A stretch of 64,000 nt of DNA from a virus. This document shows, piece after piece, positions 40,567 through 50,693 of this stretch (its first letter is position 1; the number at the start of each line of letters is the position of its first letter). A model generated the notes under the pieces. It was given only the letters and a program-made list of their open reading frames with translations, was not told the origin of the DNA and ran no database searches. The DNA is taken from IMG/VR virus record IMGVR_UViG_3300042691_032880, positions 61,115 through 125,114 of that record. One strand, 5' to 3'. The translations under genes and the position numbers were made by a program.

Positions 40567-40575
40567 TATAATATA
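40567..40575 (-). promoter_or_regulatory. Putative late promoter motif TATATTATA
   Basis: Upstream of the scaffold-MCP unit. Confidence 0.55.
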
Positions 40576-40642
40576 TGCAATTTTAAACTTTTGAAAGTTA
40601 TTTTTTGGGAGTACTTTCAAAAATAAATGCATTATATCACTA

Positions 40643-43369
40643 TTATTTTTTTCCCTTCTTATCGTACTTGTTCTTATTCTCTTTAGCAACCGCTAATTGC
40701 TTGTCAGCTATCTCTTTTCGAGTATTTAATTCCTCTCTTTTTAAGTTCAAAGCTTGAGATTCACGGTTGTTTTTATTGATCTCTTGCTCCCGTTTCAAGC
40801 TGATATTCTCATCAGCCTGACGCTTCTTTTCAAGATATTGTAGAGAATCCAAGTAATCACTTTGTTGATTGGCGTTGAGATCTTGAACCTGATAACCAGC
40901 ACCTTTGATCTCCGCAACTTGAATCTGTGTCTCTCTATCCAATTGCTTTTGTTCAGCCTCAAAACGTTGTTGAGCCTCTTGCATTTGTTGCGCAGACTCA
41001 AGCTGTTGCTGTTGCATCTGCTGTTGCTGCTGCATATCTTCTTGACGCTGTTGCTGAGTCTTCTGTTCAATCTTCTTAAGGACGTGGGTCACCTCACTCA
41101 TAGAGTCAGCCTTCACAATTTCAGCTAAGTCATAGATGCTGGCACCTGCTGTATTGTTCTGAATAGCAAGCTGTTTGATCTGCTCCATTATCTGTTTATG
41201 GTTGACCTTGGTGGTCACAAAAACATTTAACTCACGAGATAACAAGTCGGTACCATTCATTTCAAAGTTTACCTTCTCATCCTGCGATGTCATATATGAA
41301 AGACGCAAACTTGGACGACGAGAATGATAATATTGAGCTAGGTCTGTACGCATCTGATGCACTCTAGGCATCAGATACTCAGAGTGTTGTACAAAGTACA
41401 TCTCAGTCTGTGAGAAGGATGCATTGATGGACTGCTCAATACCTGTGGCTGTCTCCTGACCTGTCTGTTGTCCAAGACGTTGAGGTGTAATACCAATCAC
41501 CTCAAATGCCTGTTGCTTGAAGTAATTAGCTAGCTGAATCCTGGTCATCAGACGCTGGGTCTGCTCCAAGTTCAACATCTGGTAGTGATTGAATCCTACC
41601 GCATTACCTGTGTTTGCAATGCTTGTATCCAAAGGAAGGATCTGGAAGTTCTTCATTGCAACATATGCCTTGGCATAGTTGTTCTCACCCCAGTCCTCAC
41701 CTGCGGAATGTTTTGGAAGAGCATTGTGATCCAACAAAATCACAGTACCCAACTCATCTATAAGAATGTCCGATATCTGGTTATTCACCAAATTGTAACC
41801 CACCTGGAAAGGCTTCATCTTGTCCACAAGCGATACGCTTCTGGAGTTGCGATCTGAGAATACCGCTCCCTCTACAGGAAGCTTGCATCCATATATAGTA
41901 AAGTCACCTTTAAACTGGAACTTTACTGGTTTGATATTCAGATAAATAGGTTGGATACCCATGTAATCCGCATTACCATAGAAGCTAGGTCTGTTAGGAC
42001 CAATCTTCAATCCACCCCAAACCTGGTTGATCCATATCCACTTAATATGCTCTCCTTGGGTCAAAGTGTTCTCATCTTTGTTCTTATTAATAGTGGTGTC
42101 GTATACAGGAGGTACCGTAACCTTATAGTCTTCGGTAACAACCTCTTGATATTTCATACCGTTTTCAGGATCAATCTTGGTAAGATAGCCTACCATTCTT
42201 TGGGACTTCCAATAGCATGTGGTGACCCTGAGCAATTGGTAGGTTCCGAAGTCTTGGAGGTCTTCCGATTCATTGAGGATGCGAGTGATGATGTCATCCC
42301 CCGCAGCCAAGAAGTAATCGTTAACAGAGGTAAACTGACGGAAGCCCAAAGAAGGAGAGCTAACATTCCACTGATGACTGCGAGTACCGTCGTAGTAAGT
42401 TCCATCGTTCTGATAACCTTGGATAGGATAACCAGCAGCTTTTTTAGGATATATGTTTTCAAGGGACCTGAGTTGTTCATCGTTCATCAAATATCCATAC
42501 TTGTCGATGATATCCGACACAGTATGCAGTTCAATCTTACCTACGAAGTTTCCTTGTGATATGTACCTAATGTCAGGGGATTTGTGATAAAAAGTAAGGA
42601 CTGGGTTCCATAACTCCACCTCATAATCATCCTCATCCATCCTAAAATGCCAGAACTCACGGTCGGTTGTAAGCATGTCGCGAAACGCACGATTTTCAAG
42701 TTCCTTCATACGGAACTTTTCAGTGTCAGCTTCATGTTGATGATTTGCCCACTGTTCAACTAATGACCGATAATCCTTTTTAAAGAACTGTTCTATTTCG
42801 GGAAGTGTCTTAATGTTCTCTGGAGCAAGCGCCTGTTTGAATTCTTCAGACTCAGGATCAGCACCCATTTCAATCATCTTCATTGCAATCTGAGTCTCCG
42901 CCTTTTTTACAAGGTATTGCTCAATCATGGAACGCTTATATTCCATGGCTTCATTGAAACTGGTAGGATCAGTGGTGATATATTGTACTTTATCCGTACG
43001 CTTAGCAAATTCCCCACACATGACGTTGATCACATTGGGGATAATAGGATAGAACTTCAACTCGAGCGCAGATGCGTCCTCGCGCGTGAGCGTGTCTATC
43101 AAATCAGCATACTCGTTGTCCTCCTCGACTATGTAGTCGGTCCTGTCAATGATACCATTGGCAAGTTTATAATTCTTAAGCAACTTACGAGCATTGCGAC
43201 GAATCTGTCTAAGACCTTCCATCTCAAACCAGTCCATATTCCAAGCACCCCATTCACCATCCTTCTGTGTCTTTGGAAGGAACTGAATAGGTTGGGTCAA
43301 TGTACCCATACGGGTATGGTCAGTCTTGACCCCCGCTTTCGCTTGCATTGCGTTAATAACTAATGCCAT
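40643..43369 (-). CDS. Portal protein
   Basis: 908 aa; YPIIPNVINVMCGEF, SLVDKMKPFQ, GITPQRLGQ, Gln-rich coiled-coil C-terminus; follows terminase. Confidence 0.85.
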   Translation of the reverse strand: MALVINAMQAKAGVKTDHTRMGTLTQPIQFLPKTQKDGEWGAWNMDWFEMEGLRQIRRNARKLLKNYKLANGIIDRTDYIVEEDNEYADLIDTLTREDASALELKFYPIIPNVINVMCGEFAKRTDKVQYITTDPTSFNEAMEYKRSMIEQYLVKKAETQIAMKMIEMGADPESEEFKQALAPENIKTLPEIEQFFKKDYRSLVEQWANHQHEADTEKFRMKELENRAFRDMLTTDREFWHFRMDEDDYEVELWNPVLTFYHKSPDIRYISQGNFVGKIELHTVSDIIDKYGYLMNDEQLRSLENIYPKKAAGYPIQGYQNDGTYYDGTRSHQWNVSSPSLGFRQFTSVNDYFLAAGDDIITRILNESEDLQDFGTYQLLRVTTCYWKSQRMVGYLTKIDPENGMKYQEVVTEDYKVTVPPVYDTTINKNKDENTLTQGEHIKWIWINQVWGGLKIGPNRPSFYGNADYMGIQPIYLNIKPVKFQFKGDFTIYGCKLPVEGAVFSDRNSRSVSLVDKMKPFQVGYNLVNNQISDILIDELGTVILLDHNALPKHSAGEDWGENNYAKAYVAMKNFQILPLDTSIANTGNAVGFNHYQMLNLEQTQRLMTRIQLANYFKQQAFEVIGITPQRLGQQTGQETATGIEQSINASFSQTEMYFVQHSEYLMPRVHQMRTDLAQYYHSRRPSLRLSYMTSQDEKVNFEMNGTDLLSRELNVFVTTKVNHKQIMEQIKQLAIQNNTAGASIYDLAEIVKADSMSEVTHVLKKIEQKTQQQRQEDMQQQQQMQQQQLESAQQMQEAQQRFEAEQKQLDRETQIQVAEIKGAGYQVQDLNANQQSDYLDSLQYLEKKRQADENISLKREQEINKNNRESQALNLKREELNTRKEIADKQLAVAKENKNKYDKKGKK

Positions 43370-43376
43370 AGCTATA

Positions 43377-45590
43377 TCATTTTATGTTTCGGAACGCCTG
43401 TCGTTTGAAGCCATTACCTGATTTAGGTACAGGTTTCCCCAAATTACGAAAGGGGTTCATATTTAATTTAGTCAAATTTGATGACTTTTGCTCATGTCTG
43501 CGTGGATTTGTTTCAGTTTCAATCTTATGAGGATATCCCCTGTTGGACTGTTGAACCTTGGCAAAAGCAACCAACGCACAGAAAGCAACCAGTCTATCCA
43601 CGTTCAATCCTTCTCTGTACTGTTGCATTTCCTTTAAAAGAACTGGGTCTTTCACCCGTTCTATACCATAGGTGGTCTTGACAATGGTTCCATCATCCAT
43701 GGTTTCCACGTCAACCTCTTCGGTAAGAAAGTTAACTCCATAGGATATAAGATGTGACTTAAACAGGGTACCTGTGTTCTTCCAACCATACTCCTGGAAC
43801 ACGTTATTGTTTGATCCCAAGTCCTTGAGAAACAGGATCTGAGACTTGGGAACCAGGTACTTCTGCTTCTTTTTGAATATCATATGCTGGATAAACAAAG
43901 AGATGTTGTTCTCCACAATGGTCCAGGCACCATAATATTCTATAAGCATCTCCAAACGCTCATGCGTTTTGGTTATGTCATCAAACCTACCGCACCAGGA
44001 CGCTACAATCTGGTCCTTTTCTATATAGTTCTCTACGCTACCATCATACTTTTTACGAGTAACCTGGAGCGGACTCTTATATACGAATATGCTACACAAG
44101 GAGTCAGAGGTTGTTGTCTTACCCTCACCGACAGGGTCAATGGATGCATAGTATGTCATAAAGGGAGCGTCCTTAACAGGATGTTCCCATATCAATACCG
44201 CACCCTCTTTGTCTTGTGTCTTGGGTGACAATGGAAACTCCATGATCGGTAGCTTCTTTGTAGTCTTGTAATCAATACCACCTTTGTCATCTCGGAACAA
44301 TTCCACCGCTTCACAGTAGTATTCCTTATCCTCGATCTTTCGAAGCTGACTTGTTATAAGATGCAACGGCCACACGGATGACTTCCGATACGCAAACGCC
44401 TCTTCTATATTGATAGGTTTCTGGGATATCCTTAGCTGGTAATCGTTTGCTTTCAGGTCCTTCTTCCAACGCTTGCGTTCCTCCTGAATCATGTCCACGG
44501 CATTCTCAACAAGCGAGTTTCCCCACTCATCTATACATGGAATCATACTCCACTGCTCAGGAATAAACAGTCCACAGTCTCCATAATCACCGTTTTCATT
44601 CATCAGGTTTGTACCTACAGCCAAAACATCCTTGGAATCTGGATTGAATATCAAGTCACGCAAGGGTTCACACTGGTCCAAGTCACCGACTGAACCTGCT
44701 GCCACAAACATTCCTGTATAAATCATACCTGATTTGAGTGCAGGAAGCAGATACTCCAAGGTCTCATTCATCCTAGGTGCAATACCAGCCTCCTCATGGA
44801 AAAAGAAATTACATGGACCACCTACGCCTGCTGTTGGATCCTTTTCCAAGGTAATCCCAATCATCACAGACTTCAGACCTACGTCACGCTTACGACCTCC
44901 TTGTACAGTCTCGATCTTCTGTTCCCAGTTAAAAGTCTTATCTGGCTGACATGGACGGTACCATGCAGTATGGGTATTGAGGAAGTTCCTATACTCATCC
45001 AAAAAACGCCAGGTTCCTTTCTCGTTAATATAGTCTTTCAATGACGCAGCTATCTTATTTACCCATCCTTCTTCGAACCAAAATCCATTAATCATCTTGG
45101 CAGCATGGAAGTAAGAGGATGCAATCTGACGTTTCTTCAGAATAGCTACATGCTTGTAACTGAGCTTTGCAATCTCCTCATACAGAGCCATGTGATACTG
45201 AGCATCACGAACATCGGCAAACGTAAACTTACCTACCTCTTTATTATATATAGGTAGGAAGTTCAACCACATATAGTAGTCCCTGGTAATGTACCAGGTC
45301 TTGCCTTTTGATTTATAAATAACACCATTACGACACTTCTCCTTCTCCGTATCCCAGTATAAAACGTAGTCTTTGGACCTAGGAGGTGCCGCACAATAAA
45401 ACTTATTTCTGTTGAAGGATCTGGCCTGTTCGTTAAACAAAAGTGATGTCTCATCAAACCCGTATTGACCAGGTTCTTTGAATATACCTTTTACAAAAGC
45501 AAGCAAATCCTCCCTAGTTGTGAACTCCATGTGGCTCCACAATCCGCTATCAGCGTCGTAGGTAGGTATGCGGATGAAGTATTCTATCAT
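43377..45590 (-). CDS. terL: Terminase large subunit
   Basis: 737 aa; ILKKRQIASS Walker A, FFHEEAG Walker B, YASIDPV RNase H-like nuclease, NVDRLVA. Confidence 0.9.
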   Translation of the reverse strand: MIEYFIRIPTYDADSGLWSHMEFTTREDLLAFVKGIFKEPGQYGFDETSLLFNEQARSFNRNKFYCAAPPRSKDYVLYWDTEKEKCRNGVIYKSKGKTWYITRDYYMWLNFLPIYNKEVGKFTFADVRDAQYHMALYEEIAKLSYKHVAILKKRQIASSYFHAAKMINGFWFEEGWVNKIAASLKDYINEKGTWRFLDEYRNFLNTHTAWYRPCQPDKTFNWEQKIETVQGGRKRDVGLKSVMIGITLEKDPTAGVGGPCNFFFHEEAGIAPRMNETLEYLLPALKSGMIYTGMFVAAGSVGDLDQCEPLRDLIFNPDSKDVLAVGTNLMNENGDYGDCGLFIPEQWSMIPCIDEWGNSLVENAVDMIQEERKRWKKDLKANDYQLRISQKPINIEEAFAYRKSSVWPLHLITSQLRKIEDKEYYCEAVELFRDDKGGIDYKTTKKLPIMEFPLSPKTQDKEGAVLIWEHPVKDAPFMTYYASIDPVGEGKTTTSDSLCSIFVYKSPLQVTRKKYDGSVENYIEKDQIVASWCGRFDDITKTHERLEMLIEYYGAWTIVENNISLFIQHMIFKKKQKYLVPKSQILFLKDLGSNNNVFQEYGWKNTGTLFKSHLISYGVNFLTEEVDVETMDDGTIVKTTYGIERVKDPVLLKEMQQYREGLNVDRLVAFCALVAFAKVQQSNRGYPHKIETETNPRRHEQKSSNLTKLNMNPFRNLGKPVPKSGNGFKRQAFRNIK

Positions 45591-45805
45591 AGTTCACCGA
45601 TACGCTCTGGATCCCCACCTATCTTGCGTATGATTTCAGACAGGGTTTTGACATCCTTGGAGCGTATGACAATCATCTTGGGATCATTAGGATCGTTAAA
45701 GTAATCCAAGTATTTCTCCCTAGGGAATGCATTCCATAGATTGGTCCATGGATTGTAGTGGAATATCCAGTTGAATAAGGACTGGTCGATTTTCTTATTG
45801 GTCAT
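45587..45805 (-). CDS. Hypothetical protein
   Basis: 72 aa; WIFHYNPWT..WNAF; overlaps both neighbours. Confidence 0.6.
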   Translation of the reverse strand: MTNKKIDQSLFNWIFHYNPWTNLWNAFPREKYLDYFNDPNDPKMIVIRSKDVKTLSEIIRKIGGDPERIGEL

Positions 45806-46307
45806 ATGCTAGTTGTTGACCTCCGCGCACCTGTGACTGCTGCTCCTCCATCAAGTCCTTGTACGCACCCTTGAAACTCTGACGGATGTTCTCAAACTTG
45901 GCAGCTGTGTTCACCAGTGCCATGATGTTACCATCCCTTCCTGCTTCAATAGGTGCAGTTTCCATGTACCTTGCGAGTTTGTCCAGCATCTTCTTGATAC
46001 CCATGTATGACCTGAGGGTCGGAGTCTCATAAAGCTGCTGGCATAACTTGACAGCGTTGATCACAACTGGATCCTCCACGGAGAACGAAGAATTCAGCTG
46101 GCGTAATATAAGAGTTTCTTTGTCAGTTTCCACCACATCAAAGAAAGGATTCAGGTCTGGATTGGGACAGGTCATGTAAAACACATAGGCAAACACATCA
46201 ATATGGTGTTCTGGATATGCATCGAATACCGCCTTCAGATCCTTCAGCGTATAACAATGTTCGCTGGGAATCACTGCTCCGTTTGATATGTCAAACAGCC
46301 TTACCAT
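45795..46307 (-). CDS. Conserved protein upstream of terminase (possible small terminase)
   Basis: 170 aa helical, C-terminal VRGGQ; position only. Confidence 0.45.
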   Translation of the reverse strand: MVRLFDISNGAVIPSEHCYTLKDLKAVFDAYPEHHIDVFAYVFYMTCPNPDLNPFFDVVETDKETLILRQLNSSFSVEDPVVINAVKLCQQLYETPTLRSYMGIKKMLDKLARYMETAPIEAGRDGNIMALVNTAAKFENIRQSFKGAYKDLMEEQQSQVRGGQQLAYDQ

Positions 46308-46576
46308 ACGATTGCAATGTCAAAATCTGACACCATCAACTTGATTTCACCTTTTACATCCACAATATCCGAACGTTCAATTCCATTCTTGGGGATGTAG
46401 ACCACATCACCTTTAGCAATACCTTCAACGGCATCACCTACGGCAAACACTTCCAAGTGTGTCCACTTCTTCATGTTCTCGCGATCAATGGACTCCTGCA
46501 CCTCAGGGGTCATTTCAATCGGTGACTTCTCAATAACTGGTCTGTTCAACAAGACTCTTTTTCCTTTTAGTTTCAT
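46301..46576 (-). CDS. groES: GroES-like co-chaperonin
   Basis: MKLKGKRVLL...EVFAVGDAVEGIAKGDVVY...LMVSDFDIAIVW matches the GroES pattern. Confidence 0.7.
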   Translation of the reverse strand: MKLKGKRVLLNRPVIEKSPIEMTPEVQESIDRENMKKWTHLEVFAVGDAVEGIAKGDVVYIPKNGIERSDIVDVKGEIKLMVSDFDIAIVW

Positions 46577-46577
46577 C

Positions 46578-47390
46578 TTACTTGTTTTCTTTAAAATGTT
46601 CAATTAATGCATGTACCTCGTCCTTCAAATAAGGGACTTTATATGGGATAACTTCTTTTATCTTGAAATTTCCGTCATCATCCTTCAGATATATCGGATA
46701 TCCGTACGGATCACGGTCATAATCTTCTTCAAAAATGATGTGATGCAATGTCAATTCGCCTGGATGATACATTGGATTGTGGCGAAGTATGATATACATG
46801 TATATGCTAAGCTGAACAGTATAGTGATTCAGATTGCAATCATCCAGATGATTCAATGGATAAAGCATCTTTTGACTGATGCCTTCGTAGTTCTTGTAAG
46901 ACTGCGTCTTGATTTCCTTATTGGTCTTGTAGTCCAGGATATCCACCCGTCCGTTGGCTACGGTGACACGGTCACTCTGTCCTGCAATCTTCGCAGACGG
47001 GAGATAAAGGAAAAACTCTGGATACACACCCTCGGATATGCGCTGGTCGGTGGCAACTTTCATACCATCCTCATCATACAAACACTTATGTACGGTAAGG
47101 GTGTTCTCCATGTAACTTATGGTCTTGCATTCCAACAGGTCTCTCTCCCGCTGGTCATGGTACCAGTTACCTAGACGAATGCTACGTTGACTCTCACCGT
47201 TCCATACATCCACAATATCCTGCGGCTGCATTCCGTACCACTTGCTTTTCTTGTTACGGGATGCCTTTAATGCTGCAGATGGAGCGTCAAATGGCTGCTT
47301 GTACCTGGACAACAGCTTTGTGACACTCACATACTCTTCATTCTGGTTTGTCTTGTATGTGTGAGTCTGTGGTTCGAATATCAGTTTCAT
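46578..47390 (-). CDS. PD-(D/E)XK nuclease
   Basis: HTY..SVTKLL, GNWYH, E..AGQSD..ILDYKTN, YTVQLSIY. Confidence 0.8.
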   Translation of the reverse strand: MKLIFEPQTHTYKTNQNEEYVSVTKLLSRYKQPFDAPSAALKASRNKKSKWYGMQPQDIVDVWNGESQRSIRLGNWYHDQRERDLLECKTISYMENTLTVHKCLYDEDGMKVATDQRISEGVYPEFFLYLPSAKIAGQSDRVTVANGRVDILDYKTNKEIKTQSYKNYEGISQKMLYPLNHLDDCNLNHYTVQLSIYMYIILRHNPMYHPGELTLHHIIFEEDYDRDPYGYPIYLKDDDGNFKIKEVIPYKVPYLKDEVHALIEHFKENK

Positions 47391-47718
47391 TGGAAGATTG
47401 GTTCATATCCTTGTTAGCCAGATACTGATCCAATGCAGCTTCCTCCTGTTCGGTCAAAACCGCCAACCAACGACCATTGTCACACGCGGATGACAAGGAT
47501 CTGGTCTTAAAAGCAAGTGAACACCCACATACACCGCAACAAGGCGAGGTACCTGGGACCATACACTTACTTCCTTCACGGTCAATTTGAGGACAAGTTT
47601 CGCATATACCCATGCGTTCTGCTGCAATGTGTTCAACATCAGCTTTCTTGAAGATATTGTTATAGATACCTTCGAAGATCTTATCCCTCTCCTTCCAGAT
47701 TTTGATTACGTCTATCAT
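47338..47718 (-). CDS. Cys-rich (Zn-binding) protein
   Basis: ERMGICETCP..CCGVCGCSLAFKTRS..CDNGRW; likely start 47718. Confidence 0.6.
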   Translation of the reverse strand: MIDVIKIWKERDKIFEGIYNNIFKKADVEHIAAERMGICETCPQIDREGSKCMVPGTSPCCGVCGCSLAFKTRSLSSACDNGRWLAVLTEQEEAALDQYLANKDMNQSSNETDIRTTDSHIQDKPE

Positions 47719-48067
47719 GTTTCTTTTTTTCCTTTTTAACGTTGCTGTCAGACTCCCTGCGTTTGGCAGCTTCAAGCTTCATATTGTCCTTGAACAACTG
47801 ATTCATGATGGTCAAACCACCCGTTGTCGGGTTCTGAGAGTATTTATCTATGACTATGTTGTTTATTTTCAGCTTCTTGTCAATCGACCAAGGCTTGACA
47901 TAGAACGTACCTAGTCCTTTCATGAATATCCTGTTGTGTTCCATCGAACTGAGTGTCTTACGAACGGTGTCCCAATAAACATCCAGTACGCTTTGAACCT
48001 CCTTTTCAGATAGTCCCAACTCCTTGGCTAACTTCGGCAACAGGTCTTTTATCCGTTTGGGTCTCAA
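47681..48067 (-). CDS. HU/IHF-like DNA-binding protein
   Basis: LAKELGLSEKEVQSVLDVYWDTVRKTL..RIFMKGLGTFYV. Confidence 0.7.
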   Translation of the reverse strand: MRPKRIKDLLPKLAKELGLSEKEVQSVLDVYWDTVRKTLSSMEHNRIFMKGLGTFYVKPWSIDKKLKINNIVIDKYSQNPTTGGLTIMNQLFKDNMKLEAAKRRESDSNVKKEKKKHDRRNQNLEGEG

Positions 48068-48455
48068 TGTATAGAAAGTTATATTCCAACAACACGCTTC
48101 CTTTTGTAACCATGGGAATGGAAGGGGATATGCGAATCACCTTCTTACCCTTTCCTTCCTTGATCACCAATCCTTTTTTCTCCAATGCACCCAGACGGTT
48201 ACGGACAGTCTGTACACGTACAGGATGGCGATCAACATCCGTGGCAATGTCCTCACCAAAGATGTTAATCACCACCTTGCTGCAGAAATCCTTTAATGGA
48301 ATAGGACCCCACTGAGCAAGATACGCCAAGTAGGTTACGTCATTATCCAATAAAGGCATCTTGCGAAGGAAAACCAGTTCGGTTATCAGTTGGTACTTGA
48401 TAGCCGTGTGCATGGAATCCAAACGGATTTTCCTCGTCTGTCTTTTAACATCCAT
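48006..48455 (-). CDS. Winged-helix DNA-binding protein
   Basis: VQTVRNRLGALEKKGLVIK wHTH signature. Confidence 0.55.
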   Translation of the reverse strand: MDVKRQTRKIRLDSMHTAIKYQLITELVFLRKMPLLDNDVTYLAYLAQWGPIPLKDFCSKVVINIFGEDIATDVDRHPVRVQTVRNRLGALEKKGLVIKEGKGKKVIRISPSIPMVTKGSVLLEYNFLYIETQTDKRPVAEVSQGVGTI

Positions 48456-48696
48456 CGTCAGGAACTTCTTTTTTTAACGTACGTTTCTTAGGAGCTTCGT
48501 CTTCAGGTTGCTCATCCCCAGGTAGTTGCGTCATCTGAGCAATCATTCCAATAGCCTGGATGCGTTCGGCTTCATAAACCGTAGCATCACGCTGGAGTTT
48601 AGCCAACTCACTACGTAAAGACGCAAGTTCAATTTCGTCCTTGTACCACTTTACCATCTGCTCACGCGATGGCTTTTCTTTTTGTTCTTCGCTCAT
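48445..48696 (-). CDS. Small coiled-coil protein
   Basis: 83 aa; first gene of the minus-strand arm. Confidence 0.6.
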   Translation of the reverse strand: MSEEQKEKPSREQMVKWYKDEIELASLRSELAKLQRDATVYEAERIQAIGMIAQMTQLPGDEQPEDEAPKKRTLKKEVPDDGC

Positions 48697-48715
48697 AGGT
48701 TGTTTGATTTTACAG

Positions 48716-48723
48716 CAAATATA
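48716..48723 (-). promoter_or_regulatory. Possible Bacteroidetes sigma-type -7 element (TAnnTTTG)
   Basis: TATATTTG on the minus strand about 20 nt upstream of the 48696 start in the divergent intergenic region. Confidence 0.4.
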
Positions 48724-48817
48724 ATCACAAATTTAAATTTTCATAATTTATTGAAATGAAGTTTTTTCTGCAATGGGTTGATAATTACCAAGGGAATACC
48801 TATATTTAATTATACAG

Positions 48818-49126
48818 ATGGCTCAGACACCACTTATAAATAAGGACCAATTTGTAAGAAAACTCTACAAATTGTTCAGGGAGAAACCCCGTATATTCCA
48901 TGTCAAAAAACTTAAATCCGCTAGAGGTTATTGCCACACGGATATAGAGCGTATTGAACTGGACTACAGGGATGAAATCATAAGCACCCTGCTTCATGAG
49001 GCGTTGCATTTTCTCCATCCTGAAATGTCTGAGGATCAAGTATTATGGCATGAAACCTATCTTATAAACAAGTTAAGTCCACGCCAAGTAAAAAACATCA
49101 TCAAGCGCTTCAGCGCAATCCTCTAA
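48818..49126 (+). CDS. Small HEXXH zinc metallopeptidase-like protein
   Basis: ARGYC...STLLHEALH. Confidence 0.65.
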   Translation: MAQTPLINKDQFVRKLYKLFREKPRIFHVKKLKSARGYCHTDIERIELDYRDEIISTLLHEALHFLHPEMSEDQVLWHETYLINKLSPRQVKNIIKRFSAIL

Positions 49127-49129
49127 ACC

Positions 49130-50245
49130 ATGGTAAGAAAACAAAAAAGAATCAAGGACTTAATCCACGAATTCATACAGAAAAACGACGCTGAAGGCGT
49201 GACAACCAACATGGTAGCCTTCAAGGCGGCACAGCTTTTCCAGAAGGTGCATCCCCATATAGAACACAGCATATACACCATAGAGAAATACGTGGTCCAC
49301 TCGCGCGCAGGAAAGATCGAAGACTGGGTGGACGAAGACCTGGACCAGATCGCACACCAGATATCCAAGAACGTAGATACAGCAAGGGAAGCCTTCGTAT
49401 CCCCCAAGGTGTACCAGCTTGAACCTGACCTTACTGAAGGACCTGACTTCGAAGATCCTCTAAGTGACAACCTCATAGACTTCCCCCAGTCATGGTCGGA
49501 AATAAACGAACCCTATGTAATACAAGGAGTTACCAACCTAGGAGTATGCAACGATATCCACCTTCCCTACCATGATAAGTTCGCGGTTCAAGCATGTTTC
49601 GCAGAATTCAAACGGCGGAACGTCGACGGGATATACCTCAATGGAGACGTCATGGACATGGAAAACGTCTCACGCTTCGAACACGCGCCCAACGGAAGAT
49701 ACCTCAAAGATGAAATCGACGTTGGGCGTTCCTTTTTAAAGTCCCTGCGTAAGATGTTCCCCAACATTCCAATCTACTGGAAGGACGGTAACCACGAAAA
49801 ACGCCTGGAGTCCTATATAATAAGTAGGTGCGAAGAACTCGCTAACCTCTACGGAATGGACATACCAAGTCTTATGCAACTAAAAGACCTGGACATAATC
49901 CACGTACCTGAACAGAAAGTGGCAAAATTTGGACACCTATGGATAGCACATGGTCATGAACTCGGTCTAAGATCAGGGACGGTAAACATCGCAAGACAGG
50001 TAAGGATGAGGGTAGGAGTAAACATCATGTTCGGTCACTGGCATAAAAATCAAACAGACTCCAGTAGAAACCTCGCTGACGAAGTACATACCGCATGGGC
50101 GGTCGGTAGCCTCTGCTACCTAAAACCAAGATACACAGGTGTACTGAACCAATGGACCCAAGGTGGTGCAACAGTACAACTCCACGATGACAAGAAATCA
50201 TTCACCGTCCACCCCTTCCAAATACAAGACGGAGTCGTCATCTAA
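49130..50245 (+). CDS. Calcineurin-like metallophosphoesterase
   Basis: DIHLPYH, NGDVMD, GNHE, HGH, GHWH motifs. Confidence 0.85.
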   Translation: MVRKQKRIKDLIHEFIQKNDAEGVTTNMVAFKAAQLFQKVHPHIEHSIYTIEKYVVHSRAGKIEDWVDEDLDQIAHQISKNVDTAREAFVSPKVYQLEPDLTEGPDFEDPLSDNLIDFPQSWSEINEPYVIQGVTNLGVCNDIHLPYHDKFAVQACFAEFKRRNVDGIYLNGDVMDMENVSRFEHAPNGRYLKDEIDVGRSFLKSLRKMFPNIPIYWKDGNHEKRLESYIISRCEELANLYGMDIPSLMQLKDLDIIHVPEQKVAKFGHLWIAHGHELGLRSGTVNIARQVRMRVGVNIMFGHWHKNQTDSSRNLADEVHTAWAVGSLCYLKPRYTGVLNQWTQGGATVQLHDDKKSFTVHPFQIQDGVVI

Positions 50246-50280
50246 TTCCCATATACAGAATCCATTGTATTAGAAGATGT

Positions 50281-50336
50281 GTGGGGGTCCCTGCAGTTGG
50301 TCCCCCCGCCAGCGGTAATCAGAGGGGTACCCCCCA
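50281..50336. other. G/C-rich inverted repeats including the perfect palindrome GGGGTACCCC
   Basis: GTGGGGG...CCCCCGC stem and GGGGTACCCC at 50324-50333 in non-coding DNA. Confidence 0.5.
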
Positions 50337-50454
50337 CCTTTCCTAGGAGTCGACTGAAAACCAGCTGACGAAAGAAAAAAAACTCCAGCGAGGAGAAGAC
50401 TCAGTACGCTCGCTGCGCTCGCTACTCTTCCTTCTTCACATCATATCATTTACT

Positions 50455-50586
50455 ATGAGCTACTCTCAGTACTCTTCAGTCCTGCTAGCGTGTGGTCAAG
50501 TCTTCATTGGACTTGGTCATACCCTATATGCAGCAGAACAAGACGCATACGCAATGTATCGCGCTTGGTTAGCGGAACTCCGCTGA
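50455..50586 (+). CDS. Small hypothetical protein (43 aa)
   Basis: MSYSQYSSVLLACGQVFIGLGHTLYAAEQDAYAMYRAWLAELR; same leader as the 50694 gene. Confidence 0.5.
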   Translation: MSYSQYSSVLLACGQVFIGLGHTLYAAEQDAYAMYRAWLAELR

Positions 50587-50693
50587 TATGCCGCATCGGA
50601 CGCCTCACTCCGTCGAAGTATAGTACGCGGAGTCAGGACTGTACACGCTCGCTGCGCTCGCTGCAGTTCTTTCTTCACATCACATCGTATACT

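Noticed and set aside
43377-45590. Intein or intron in the terminase
   Set aside because: Continuous ORF of normal length with no intein terminal motifs or homing endonuclease
50490-50693. N-terminal 68 aa of the 218-aa ORF-track call
   Set aside because: Overlaps a separate small ORF and the repeat leader; ATG 50694 fits the conserved leader
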